A DNA stretch of 64,000 nt from the human T2T-CHM13v2.0 reference genome, Homo sapiens. The notes below the pieces were generated by a model. The model was given only the letters and a program-made list of their open reading frames with translations, did no database searches and was not told the DNA's origin. The first letter of the stretch is position 1; every line of letters starts with the position of its first letter. Positions 25,478 through 41,354 of the stretch are shown here, one piece after another. Where the stretch lies: the NCBI RefSeq assembly GCF_009914755.1, contig NC_060946.1. The stretch is one strand, 5' to 3'. A program made the translations under genes and the position numbers.

Positions 25478-26774
25478 GAAAATGGAGCAAACAACTAAGA
25501 AAGCCAAGCACTTATGTTTTGGGAGGATTAAATGAGATAACTCTTGGAAGATACTTCACCTGGCATCTGGCACGATCAACGTTGTGTGGTCCCAGTTCTT
25601 CACAATCTAGTCAATGCCCTGCTCACCTCCACAGCCCCACACCTGCTGCTCCCTGCACGCACCAGGAGCTGAGCCTCAGGGGCTGCCTGCAGGTCTATGT
25701 AGGCTCTGCCCTTGGTCTAGCAAACTTATCCCCAACCTTGGAGGTTCCACTCAATGCTACCTTCTCTTTGAAGACCCCTAGGGAGTTAGCCCCGCTTCTA
25801 CCCCCACACTCACTGCATCCATGGGTAGCTCTTCACAGGCCTCTCTGGGCTTCAATAACCTGATGCTCGGACCTCTACTTGGGTATTTATTCGGGGTGTA
25901 ATTACATGCTCACAGATGTTTTCCACAACAAACTTATCTGACATCCAACATGGGTTGGACAAAAACAGGCAGGCAGGTCTAAGGCTAACACCCCATTAAG
26001 AGGGAAAGTTCCAGAGCACTCAGGACACCCAGTATCCTCTACCACACACCCACAAACCAGCTGGCACAACAGAAGCTTTGCTGAGCCCTTTTAGAAAGCC
26101 ATAAAAAACCAAATGGTCGTTTGATCCAGTGGTTCCACTTTTGTGAAGCATTCCTAAGGAAACGATTGGGAAAACAGGGGAAAAAAATGTTTTATGCCCA
26201 GAACCACCTCTGGATTCTCATGGTAAAAAACAAAAAAGCAAACAATCTAAATGTCTAACCACAGAAAGGCAGCCGAGTCAGCTGGAGTAGTAATGCCTGC
26301 GTTGACTATTTAGCACCTAATAGGGGCTAGTCACTTCACACTGTCACCTCATCCTCACACGCGATCTTGGGAAGTGGATTACGCAGTTATCCCTGTTGGA
26401 GACTGGAGAAGACTGAGGCTCAGACACCATGTAGATAGTAACAGTTCTCGGCTGCTGAGAGTCCCCTGTGCCGAGCCTTTTTCTCGGCCATCTGGACATT
26501 ATCTCAGTCACTGCTCACGACAACCCTGTGAGGAAGCTGCTTCTCATAGCCTCCCTCTACCAACAAGGGCCTGAGACCCAGACAATCAATAATGTATCTA
26601 CGGACATGCTCCTGCCAAATCCATGCCCATATCCCCTGGGCTCCAGTTGCTGTGCCCTGGTTACCCAGCAGCCAGTGGCAAAAGAGGGCCTTGGGGACAG
26701 ACACGTCTGCTTTGAGAGCCACGTGTTTCCCATGACAAGATATTGTTCTTCTGTGACAGACTTTGAACTCCCTC

Positions 26775-27195
26775 TGTTACAGGTTGAATTATGTCCCTTC
26801 AAAAGATGTTGGATTCGCAGCTCCCAGTACTTGTGAATGTGACTTTTGTTGGAAATAAGGTCTTGGCAGATGTCCAGGTTAAGATGAGATTGTTAGGGTG
26901 GGCCTAATGCAACACGACTGGTGTCCTCATAAAAAAGGAAAATTTGGACACAGAGCCAGACACACATAGAGCTGAGACAATGTGAAGACAGAGGGAGGAT
27001 GCCATCTATAAGCCAAGGAATCCCTGACATTACCAGAAGCTATGAGAAAGGCCTGGAACAGATGATCCCTTGCAGCTCTCAGAAGGAACTACCCTGCCCA
27101 CACCTTGAGTTTGGACTCCTAACCAAGAGAATCCATTTCTGTTATTTAAGCCCTAGTTTGTTACTTTGTCATGGCAGCCCCAGGAAACTGATACA
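26775..27195 (+). mobile_element. MLT1-family MaLR solo LTR
   Basis: TGttacaggttgaattatgtcccttcaaaagatg start, catggcagccccaggaaactgataCA end. Confidence 0.85.
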
Positions 27196-27285
27196 GGTTA
27201 TTAGTAATTTGTCAGACTGTGGGGCAACTAGAAAAATAGTGGTAACAGGGGCCACATAAAAATACCTGAAGTAATGCCTGAGGTA

Positions 27286-27564
27286 AGGTGGCGGGTCAAG
27301 CCTGTAATCCCAGCACTTTGGGAGGTCGAGGTGGGCAGATCACCTGAGCCCAGGAGTTCCAGAGGCCTGGGCAATATAGCAAGACCCTGTCTCTACAAAA
27401 AAACCCAAAAGTTAGCCAGTAGCAGTGGAATGTGCCTATGGTCCCAGCTATTCTGGAGGCTGAGGTGGGAGGATCACCTGAGTTCCAGAGGTTAAGGCTG
27501 CACTGAGCCATACTGTACTCCAGGCTGGGTGACAGAGTAAGACTCTGTCTCAAAAGAAAACCAA
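27286..27564 (+). mobile_element. AluJ-like
   Basis: cctgagcccaggagttc, gcaatatagcaagaccctgtctctac, ggaggatcacctgag. Confidence 0.85.
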
Positions 27565-27774
27565 AATGCCTGAGGTACGCATGATATTAAAGGGAACAGC
27601 AAAGGGCAAATGCATGCTGACTATCTGATCACCACTATGGTAAAAACACACTTGGATGCAGGTGGAAGACTGATAGAAAACACACCAGCACAACTAAGAC
27701 GCCTGCCAATTTCTTCTCCCTACTCTTCTCCTTTTTTCCAATTTGATTCAGCAAATGTGGACTACTCTTGTAAT

Positions 27775-28064
<290 letters not shown>

Positions 28065-28129
28065 TCTTATAAATTTTATACAATTGGCTTAAAAATGTAT
28101 TTGGACCATGAGAAGATGGAGGTATATAA

Positions 28130-28873
<744 letters not shown>

Positions 28874-28979
28874 GGAAGCCAAAGGAAGGAGAACCTTCTC
28901 ATGGCTCCCAACTCTGTAAGCTGGAGCAAAGCAACAGGCAGGGTGTGCCCAGAGGGTAGGCTACAGCTGTATCACTCAC

Positions 28980-29108
28980 CCAGGCAGTTGTGTCCATCGT
29001 GTGCCAGCATGAAGCCATCAAAGCAGGTACACCTGTAGTTCCCCGGGATGTTGATGCACTCGTGGACACAGCCCCCATTGTAGTAGTCATTCTCACACTC
29101 GTCAATGT
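28980..29108 (-). CDS. SCUBE1: SCUBE1 coding exon 3 (129 nt): calcium-binding EGF-like domain 2, [43 protein letters not shown]
   Basis: Acceptor cccttccttttgcAG (29110-29109), donor G|GTGAGT (28979); translated by hand because the ORF track shows another frame; phase 1-1. Confidence 0.96.
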
Positions 29109-30785
29109 CTGCAAAAGGAAGGGCATGAGAGGTGTCAGAAGAAGAGCCTGGTGGTCCCCTCTCCCAACACCATGGAAGCCACCGGGATCTGAGTGATTAG
29201 GGGATGATTCAACAAGTATTCACTTCAGTCCTCCCTGGGAGCTGAGGACTCAAGTATTATAAAAATGCTAATCATGTGTGGGGTGCCTTCCAGTTCCTAC
29301 CACAGTGAACAGGCAAGATTCACACCTAGTTCTGCCTCCACGGAGCCAGTGTACAATTTCTGAAAACTAGCTCTCTTGAAGCAGGGGGTATTGAGTAAAA
29401 TTAACTGCACATCCCCAAGAAGTGTAATCTCTGGAATGAAAGAAAAGTCCACTAACTCCTCCAGTGTCTTTCCACATCAGTGTCTGATGCCTGCATTTCA
29501 ACTGCTCCAGCTTCCTTGCTATAACAAAGGCTCCTGTCTCATAAACAATGGCCAGTAGCCTTGATAAAGGTCACCCTTTTTGCTGTTTTAAGGCTTTTTC
29601 AACATTTCCCATCAGGGGTCAAAGGGCTATCAATTCTGGAGTTCCAGAGAGATTTGAGATACCCTGGAGAATGATAGGAACACGCCTAGTTAACCTTGTC
29701 TGAGCTGCTTCCACGCCCAAGTCCTGCTTGTAAGGCCATGTCATTACCTCTTCAATCCCACATTAACTCAGTGATGCAGGCACCATTCTCACTTCCAATT
29801 TTGCAAGAGCACTGAAGAAACCAAGGCACAGTGAGGCTAAAACCTTGTGGAAGGTCACACACCTAGGAAGTGGCACAAATGGGATTCGAATCCGTGGGAT
29901 TCAAACTCGTGGGTTTCAGAGCCCAAGGGGCCTAACCCCGGTCACACCTGGCGTCCTTGGGAGGGCACCAGGCACAGCGAGAATTTGCCAGCCTGGTGGT
30001 GCCGGCTCTTCTGCAGGGTCTTCAGCATCCCCCTGAGACCCCTCTGGCCTCACTCATCTCAACCGGCAGTCACCCTGACCTCCAGAGGCTCCGAGACACG
30101 ATGGGGAGAGAGGAGGGCCGGAAGTGTCCCCCACAGGGGAACTGGAACCGGAACCGGAAGTGCAGCACTAAGTGGAACCGGAAGTGCATCTCACGAGACG
30201 ACGGAGTAGGAAGCCGGGGTCACTCCCCTATAGTGTAGAAGAGGGATTTTTGAGGCTGGGTTCCAGCTACGAAAGTGGGGCTGGGGCCATCCTGTAGAAG
30301 AAGAGAGCCTGTAGAAGGCAGGCCTAGCTTCCCTCAATTGCTGGAGGAGCTGCCGCAGGGAGACACGGAACTCCTTGCTTTCTCCATGCTGGTCTGGAGA
30401 GCAGAGCTACTCACAGTGAGGGGAAGCCATGGGGCCAATGAACGTTCAGGGGTAGGAGTGCCGGTCTGCAAGGTAGAAGCTGTTGCAGGAGGTAGTGAGC
30501 TCCCTGACTCTGGAGGTGTAAGCACTGCCCTGATGCCTGCCAGAGATGCTGCAGAGCAAAGGGGATAACAAACAGCAGAAGTGAACGCGCCAGAGTAAGG
30601 GGTCTGGGCTGTGCAGCCACTCTTGGTGTCCGTGCAGCCACTCTTGGTGTCCACCCAGCCACAGCGAGGGAAGAACAAAGTAGCCTGGGCTGGGTCACCA
30701 AAGGATCAAGAGATAGAAGTCCTCTCCTAATCTGCCTATAGGGGCACCTGCATCAGTTCTCAATTCTGCAGCTCATTTGAATTGG

Positions 30786-30920
30786 TTTGTTTTGTTTGTT
30801 TTTAGAGACAGGGCCTCACTATGTTGCCAAGGCTGGACTCAAACTCCTGGGCTCAAGGGATCCTCCTGCCTCAGCCTCCCTAGTAGCTGGAATTATAGGC
30901 ATAGGCCACTGTGCCTGGCT
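30786..30920 (-). mobile_element. Alu monomer (FLAM-like)
   Basis: Single about 130-bp arm, cagggcctcactatgttgccaaggctgg. Confidence 0.8.
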
Positions 30921-30959
30921 CTGGGCTGTTTTTAATTCTGATATTTAATACACTTATAA

Positions 30960-31324
<365 letters not shown>

Positions 31325-32209
31325 ATAGATTTTAAAAAACTGAGAGATACTGATTACTTCCCAGTCTCTGTTTGCAGCCCTGACCTTTCTCCAGAGCCCC
31401 AGATAGACTAATGCAACCACCTCTTCCCCTGGGTATTCCAAAGGTACTCCAAAGGCAACAAAGCTCAACTTTAACTCATCAACCTACAGTTACCTGGGGT
31501 TCCTCATCCCGGTGAATATTGTTTTCCTTCCACTGCTTCCTTAACATCAAATCAGCTACCAACGCGTGGTTTTTCTACACCCTTAATATCGTTACAGTCT
31601 GCCCACTGGCCACTTATTTTCACTACCTGTCAGCATGAGTATCACCTCACACCCGATTTGACTCAGCAGCCCCCAAACTGTTCCCTCCCTCCTTTCCTCC
31701 TTCAAGCAGGTGATTCAGGGGGAAGCTGGCCTGGTCCTAACTCTGGGGGTGGAGACTTAACAGTCTTATCCAAACAGCACGTGCCACTAGCAATTGCTGT
31801 TGGTCCCAGGGTTGGTAGGTGACTTAGGTTGGATCAATCAGACTGAGGAAAAGGACTTTTATTCTATGCTTGGGTAAAAGAAGTTTCTCTCATCTTGTAC
31901 CTCAGAAGGAGGTATCTACTCCTGAAATATACACCAGCCCTTTTAATTCTCACAGCAACATTTGGAAGTAGGTGTTTTAACTTCATTTTATGGTTGAACA
32001 AACTAAAGTGCAGAGAAGTTAGATAATTGCTCAGGGTCACATAGTAAGTGGTAGGGCAAGGATCAGAACAAAGGTCTTTCAGTCTAGGAAGCCCACGTCC
32101 TTTCTAATAAGTTAGAATGCCTGTGACATGCCAGTCATTGACAAAATGCTTTATACATGATACAGTATTTCACCCTTGGCACATTTATACAGTGTACTGA
32201 GAAAGTACT

Positions 32210-32810
32210 ATCCAATCATCCAAATACCCATTTACCCATCTATCCTTCTACTTGTTCTGCATCTGTCTATACACATACACACATACACATGTGTGCATGC
32301 CTATCTACCCAAATAACCAGCCAGCCAGCCATGCATCCTTTCATCCAAACACCCATCTACCCTTCCACTATCCATCCATCTACTCACCCTCAACCTATCC
32401 ATTCAAATATCTACTCAACCATTCTTCCATTTATCTATTTGTGCTAAAATTTATCCATCTAAATATCCAGTGTGCTGACCACCCTTCCATTTCTCCAATC
32501 ACCTATTCACCCATCCATTTATCCAGCCAAATGTTCACCCATACATCCAGACACGCATGCATGCATCCATCTGTCTAAATATTCAACCAGATGCCTATCC
32601 TTCCATTCATCTAAGCACTGACCCATCCAAACATCCATCCATCCATCCATCCATCCATCCATCCATCCATCCATCCAGATGAGAAATCCTCTCATCTGTA
32701 TATTCATTGATTCAAATACCCACCTTTCTATCCAAACACATGTACACTCACGCTCATGCACACACACGCACATTCAAACACCTACCTACCCATTCATCCA
32801 TCCAAACTTC
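32210..32810. repeat. Degenerate (CCAT)n low-complexity tract with a pure (CATC)~11 core at about 32632-32677
   Basis: Direct read. Confidence 0.85.
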
Positions 32811-33872
32811 TATTAACTCACTGATTCCTTCAAATATCCCTCCAAACAGCTTACAAAATACATACAACAATTTTTTCTAATAGAATAAGATGTTAGTATG
32901 AAGAAAAATAAATGAGGGTTGAAGAATAAGATAAAGCTGGTGAAAATATACAAAAACACATTTGATAACTGTAGCACAATGACAGAAGGTGGGCTGTGAG
33001 CTTCCTAAATGCCAAGACAAAGAAAGAAACACAATCAGTTATGGAGTTGCTGCATCTATAAGATGTAATCCAACTGGCTATTTTAATGGTGGTAAGGTCT
33101 GAGAAACGTCAGACCTCCTAGTTAGGGGATGTCTTCCCCTAGTTAGAGAATATCATACACTTTAATTTTCCTGGCACAGTATCAGTTTATGCCTGTTGTC
33201 AGGGCGTAATTATTAACAGCAGTTATTAACCTTTTCATTATTAAAATGATAAACTATCTGATCACCATACCCATAAGGCATTATAAAGATATCGTTGAAT
33301 AGTCAATAAAACAACTCTAGCCATTTCCTGCCTTTGACTCCCCATAACGTAGGCCACAGTAATTGCCAGTGGGCTGGAGAGTGCAGGGATATTTGCTGCT
33401 TGCATTTCTTTCCTTAATCCATCCCCAATTAGTTCTCCCAGGCTGAGCATCTCTCAGAACAACCAGTTCCTCTCCAATCCCCAGGCCTGCTGTGGCAGCC
33501 AGCTTTACCTCCCAGTGTCCTGGATGGAGGACATTGGCTCCTAAACCAAACCTTCCCTGATTTTCCATGTTTGTACCTTGAAATTTTGTTCTAAAATCAT
33601 GTAAGCCTCCTCCTTTAATACTTAAGAGATAAACACACAAACAAACCAGCTAAAAAAATTTGCCAAAGCAAGTGGATTTATTATTATAAAAACATATCCA
33701 GGAGTCGCCGCCCCTGGAAGAGGCACCACAGACCTCCAAGACACTCATCAGGCTCAGACCACTTTTTCAGGACTGACAGCCAGAGAACGAGAAACAGGCA
33801 GGTGGAGCAGGGAGATGGTAAAGCAATGGAGGGGACAGAGCACAGCTCTATGGATGTTTATTCTTAAAGGGC

Positions 33873-34235
33873 TGTTGTGGATTAAATTGTGTCCCCGCAA
33901 AAAGATATGTTGAGGTCCCAACCCCCAGGACCAGAGAATGTGATCTGACTTGGAAGTAGGGTCTTTGCAGATGTAATCAAGTTCAGATGAGGTCATACTA
34001 GATTAGGGTGGGCCTTAATACAATGCTGCTGTCCTAAGAAGAGGGAAATTGGACACAGACATACAGGGAGAAGAATACCATGTGAAGACACACAGACACG
34101 CGGAGAGAAGGCAGCCGTGGGATGATGAAGGCAGAGATTGGAGTGAGGCAGCTGTGTGTGTGAGGCCAGGGTAAGAGCTGCTGTCACACAGAAGAGGCTG
34201 AGGCTCAGGATCGCTGAGGACCTTGTCTTCAGGCC
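33873..34235 (+). mobile_element. MLT1-family LTR, partial
   Basis: tgttgtggattaaattgtgtccccgcaaaaagatatgttgaggtcc...gtctttgcagatgtaatcaagt. Confidence 0.82.
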
Positions 34236-34331
34236 CCCAGCCAGTGGTTGCATTCAAGTGCAGGCTCTATTCCCGCATTTGGAGCCACATCCTTGGGGTG
34301 TGTGAGATGAATATTTTAAAAAAGTACTTCA

Positions 34332-34718
<387 letters not shown>

Positions 34719-36369
34719 TCACTCCAAGCATCCCTGTTCCTTCCCCTGCTTGGATTTTTTTTTGTTTTTAATGAAAACTCAATTCCCAACAGAAGACAGC
34801 TCCCAGCATCTAATAGAGCAGAGAAAAGCAGCACAGAGAACTGCTCATTATGGAATTTTTGAAAGGTCACCCAGCTCCGCTTTTTGTGTATTGAAAGGCA
34901 GCGTGCGCACACACAACCCCATGGCTGTGCTTCCGTGCCAGCAACGCAGGTTTGGAACCCATATAGGGTGAGGTGTTTTTTTTTTTTTTAATCATTTAAT
35001 TCAAAATTGATTCTTGCTGCTTCATAAAATATACATTTACTCTGTGGTGTCTAGATTCTAAAAGATCCTATTGCAATGAATCAGAGAGCCTTTTCATTTT
35101 ATTTTAATACTATTTTAGGGTATTTTCCTCAAAATCGGGACTGACTAGAAACATTCTCAAAATTAAGTATTTTTAAAGCATCCCACTCTCTACTCTCGGA
35201 GATCATTACTGAAAATGTCTTCTCATTTCCCCCTGAAACTGGCATTTTTCTAGACATTCCTCAAGAACAGTGGAGACCAAACGCTCTAACAAAGACCCCT
35301 TTCCTGGCTGGGCGCTAGCACGTCCTCTCCTTTGTCTGGGGGCTTTAAGAAAAACCGTGCCCTCCTTAGATCAGGCAACCATTCGGGGAGAGATGTATGG
35401 CTTAGGAAGTTGAGTCCTTATTGATGAATAAATCTTAATCCGGTTTGTTGGCTAATTATGCTCCAGGGAAGGTAGTTTCTTGGGCTGCCTAGCAGGAAGG
35501 ATTAAGCCCCTGTCTCCGGTGGCTCGGGGTTAAGCTCTGGGTTTGTAATGACTGAGTAATGAGACGCGCTCTCTGAGGGCCCCTGGCATCCATCGATCAG
35601 GTTTCCCTTCTGCAGAGACAATGCCAGAAGTGGGCCCAGCAGTTAATTACAGGAAAGGTCAAAGGGCACGTAAAACTAACACACATCTATATACTTTTTC
35701 ATTCCTAACTGCACACAATGACCATGGCTCAGCCAGAGGGTGGGAAGGTTCCCTCCCCTTTCCCACTCTGTGATTCAAGATAACCGTGGGGTTGGAGCTG
35801 CTCAGTGACCTCTCCCAGTCCGTTATGTGGCTTCAGACCTCCACACTTTGACTCATGCTGTTCCCTCTGCCTGGAGCTCCTTCCCCTCCACAAACATCTA
35901 CTCACCTCTGCATCCTGAGCCCCAGCATCACCTCCTCCCTGAAGCTTTTGCTCATCTTCGAGCAGATCTAGCCCCTCCCCCAGCCCAAGCAGGTACTAGC
36001 ATTATTCTTGCTTGCTTGTGTCTGTGTCCTCTGATGCTGCAAATCCATGAGAACGAGAACTGTGTCCTGTGCAGCTTGAGCCTCAGAAACGAGCAGAGCC
36101 CGAGCATGTTCAAAGGCATCCTCTGGGCATTGCATGAATGAACAATCACGACGGTGGCCTTGCTGACCGACTCTCATGACATGTCAGGCAGTCTGCAGGC
36201 CCCACACACAGGACTGCCCTGAGAGCTGGGTACCACCATGTCTATCTCACAGCAGCAAACCAAGGCTCAGAGACATTGCCTGTCCTGCCTCAGATCACAC
36301 AGCAAATGCAAGGGGAGCCAGGAAGGGAGCCAGGCAGCTTGACTTCAGAGTTAGTGATGTCTCTGTCAC

Positions 36370-36990
<621 letters not shown>

Positions 36991-39900
36991 AACAAGCTAA
37001 TGCTGTCGGTCTTCTTCTCCTCTGGGCTGGTTGCATCTCCAGGGATCTCTGCCTGGGTGAAGGGAAACCACAAGGAGGTTGGCTCTGAACTGACCTCAAA
37101 TGCCACCTGCCCAGCTTGGGGTCACAGTGGGGTGTGTTGCTCCCAAGAAGCAGGGGAGATTTCCCACCAAACCGATATGATGAAGACCAGTTAATTATTT
37201 CCTTTCTCCCTCAAAAATGCCCTGAAGCCCTTGCTGGGGGCTGCTCCTGGGCTCTGGCATCAGGACTAATGGTTGCTGAGGCAGCCTGGTCAAGTGAAAA
37301 TGGAGCCGTTGGCGCGTGTGAGATGGAAGCCAGGAGAGACCACAGGGAACCTGCCAGGCTTGAGTCTAGTTCTGCCAGCCCTCAGTCAAGGCCCCTATTC
37401 CACCCTCCTGCCAATTACAGGCAGTCATTCCCCCATCCCCTTAGGGAAAGGCCAAGGGGAGGCCCGAGACCCAAAAACTGCAGGCTCTGTGGGGCTGCTC
37501 CATAGGCCCAGCCACCTCCAAGCTCAGGAGGACAATCACAAACAAGAAGTTGCCTGAAAACCTGGGCCGGCCCTTAGAATTGGTAAGCTGGATCCTAGAG
37601 CACCCTGGATTTTATCAAGGTGTAACTGAGGCCCAAAGAAGGGAGCTGAAAGACAAATCTTAGCAGATCAGGGGCTCATGGCAATTTGAACTCAAGGCTC
37701 TCAGCTTGGGCTTCTTTCTCTCATCTCGGGATCCAGCAGTGGGCAGGGCCTGAGCTGGCCTAGTGCAATTCGGTTTCATTCCCTTTCTCTCCGAATCCCC
37801 GGGTGGACTTCCTCTCCATTGTAATAAAAATAACAGCAGTGGCAACTCCACACCAGGCACCACCTTGATGGTAACTGGCTTAATCCTCCCTACAGCCAGG
37901 CAGAAAGGTCTTCATTTCCCATGGCTCATAGAAAAAGAAACTGAGGCTCAGAAAACTTGTCTTTCCCAAGATCACCCAGCTAGAAGGTGGTGAAGGCAAC
38001 ATTTGAACCTGGGCAGGCTGGTCCCAGACTCTACCTTCCTCACCTTGACACAATTGTCTAGAGAAGACGGCATCTCTGTGAACCAGGAATCTGGGGCCTG
38101 CGGGCCTTGTGAAGGATCAGGCCACCTCCCTGCCTTCTTCCCTCCCATGCCAGTGCTGTCCTGGGCCAGGCCCCTTGCCCTTAGCCTGGACCCTGGCCAC
38201 AAGGGGCTGCCAGCCTGGAGCGGGGAATGACTCAGATACAGATGCCCACAAACTCTCGTGCTCCTGCCTACAGACTGGCCAGGACCAGGTCTGCCCGCAG
38301 GGCTGGCAGTGGGAAGGGACAGTTGGCTAAGCCCCACTGAAGCCCACCCCTCAAGCTGACAGACTGAGGCCAGCATTGGGCGCCATGGAAACGAGGAGCA
38401 CCCTGAGGAAGGAGCTGCCCACAGCGAGGGTCCCAGGGGCCTGAGATCTCCTGCCCCTGCTGAACTCTGATGTCAGGATGCAAAGGCCGGAGAGGCCCAC
38501 AGACTTGGCCCAGGCCACATAGGGCTGGGACCCGGTCTCCATGGACACACTCCCAGCTCCACTTCCCTCTGTACGAGAGGCAGGAGGTCTAGACAGAAGA
38601 CATGGGGGTTCCTGGAGAGAGGGGTGCACCTTGAAGACCCTGGAGGGAGTGGGGAGTGATCAACGCCAGCAGCTGCTGTTAACCTAGGCCAGGCGTCCAA
38701 CCAGCTGGCTGGGGTTTTACACTCTTTCTAGCCAGAGGCTGCAGCCCTGGCCCATCTGGAAGCCTGTCTTGGAGCACCCTCTGAGACCTCCTGACCTTGC
38801 CCGTTCACACAAGGCCCCGAGTCCTCTTTGTCTCAAAGCCTTTAGGGAAGGCCATCATCCATTTCAGTAGCATTCAAAGGCACACAAGTCCACGGTTTAT
38901 TTTCTTAGAAATAATGGTTTTTGCTGGTTAGCATTCCTCTGATGGAAAAACAAATACAGCCACTGTAATAAGAAGCGGCTAAGAGGAGGCGAGAGGGCCC
39001 AGAGGAAGGGGGCAGAGAGGGGCTGCTGCCTGGGGAGCTGGAGGACATGGAGGGTGGGAGGTGGGGGCAGAGACCCCTAACCCTGGGAGAAATGGGGAAT
39101 TAGAGAAAAAAAAAAAACCAACATGCAGATACTGGTGCAGCCTTCAACACATTCTCACAGACAGCGAGGCCCCTTCCCTCCTCAAATCTCTACTCAAATG
39201 CACATTCTGTAAGGCAGGTGTTGTGGCTCCCATGTGATGGATGAGGAAACCAGGGCTCAGAATGGTTAAGTCACCGCTGGCTCACGGAGTTAGGAGGGAC
39301 CAAAATGCAGACCTCTAAATCCTTGCTACAAATGCTTCCATTGACCATCACAGCTGGAAGGAGCATCAGAGACCTGCTTCTGCTATGCTTTTCTAACCTA
39401 GCCCAGAGGACACCTCCTCTAAGAAGCCCTCCTGAATTTCTTCCCCTCCTCAGGCAGAGATATACACTTTCTCTACTTCATCCTGTCTTGTTTGTATTTT
39501 CATTGCTGCACTTTCCACATCCTGTTATGATCACATCTTTTCCAATCTGTGTCTCCCACAAGGCAGGTCAAAGGCAGGAAACATGTTTTGGCCCCAGCAC
39601 CAAGCTTGACACAGAGTAGGTGCTCAGTGAACATTCTTGATACTCAACTGAATCCAGTCCAGTGCACACACATTTTACGGATGGGCAAACTGAGGCTCAG
39701 GGGTGAACTTGCCTCCAGTGTTTAAATGCAGTAGCATGAGCTTTTTATTTTTCCTCCTAAAAGTGGTCATTGGCTCCAAGAACTCTGTAAGAGGCCTAAA
39801 CTCTGCAGCAGAGCTGGCAAGCAACATTGCCTAATTGCTAGCTGACAGCAACTTGGAATTTTAAGTTATATCCAATTTCTTCCTTCCTGCTGGTCTGCTT

Positions 39901-40927
39901 GGACTTGAGCACTTTCATCTTCGGCAGAGCACACGTTAGCATGCATAATTGCATGTTTTAAGACTTGAAGGAGAAGAATTTCCCCTTCTCTCCCCGCTGA
40001 GCCTCCCACCGCCTACTGCCTTTCCTGGCCTCCCAAAAAGCAGGATTTTATCTGGAGTTTCAATAAAGTGTGTAATAATGATGATGAAAATGATTTAATA
40101 AGGTCATGGACATTATTTCCTAAGAAGGCCAAATTGGTTTTAAGATTTTGTTTTTCTGATGTTAAACTAAATGGATCACTGAGTATGTTACTAGGAATTT
40201 TGTTAAAACATTTTAATAACATGCTCTGTAATCTACCTAACTTCAGTGATTGACAAGTAGACGCCGGGGATATAAAATTCAGGAAGTGATTATTTACATT
40301 CATTACATACATGCTAATTTTGTGATATCTGATGGCCATAAGGTTGTCATGTTTTTCCTTTTCACACAAAAAGAGGAACATAGCAATATATTTGATATAC
40401 TGTGGCCCAAACAACAAAGTTATTTCCCCCAAGAGTTTTAATTATAGCATTTTGGAAAAGGCCCGAGTTGGAACTTGCAAGTGGAATAAACCACTTGAAT
40501 AAATGGTTTAAAAAATTAAGTACACATAGAAGGGGTGATGTGTACTGTTGGTTCAGACTAAACAGTGATTATCAGGAGGGTCTTAGTTATTTAAACAAGC
40601 CATTTGAGGGCGGTTTGCTCCTCGTTTGGGGCCTGGTCCTGATTATAAACGAGAGCTTTTAATTAAGATTAGTAGGACCCAATTCAAGCTATAATTTGGT
40701 CCTTTTCCCTCGCAAATGTCTATGAAAACAAGGCAATTAAGGTTAAATGAGTTGAAGCATTTAAAGGGGGTGAAATGCCCCTTCCTCACCCCCAGCCTGC
40801 CCCCTCAGCAGAATAAGCACAAACAGGCCTGGTTAATTCGGACCAGGAGGCCAGTGTGGGACTGGCCTGGTGGCTTCTGAAAGGCCCATGCCCCAGGGGC
40901 CGGATGAGCCGGGGATGAACACGCTTA

Positions 40928-41354
<427 letters not shown>

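Noticed and set aside
28899-29126. ORF-track peptide over exon 3 ([11 protein letters not shown]...)
   Set aside because: Wrong frame; the true frame reads [14 protein letters not shown]
29878-29915. GGATTCGAATCC palindrome resembling a tRNA T-loop/B-box
   Set aside because: Slipped duplication within the tRNA-derived head of a MIR; no cloverleaf
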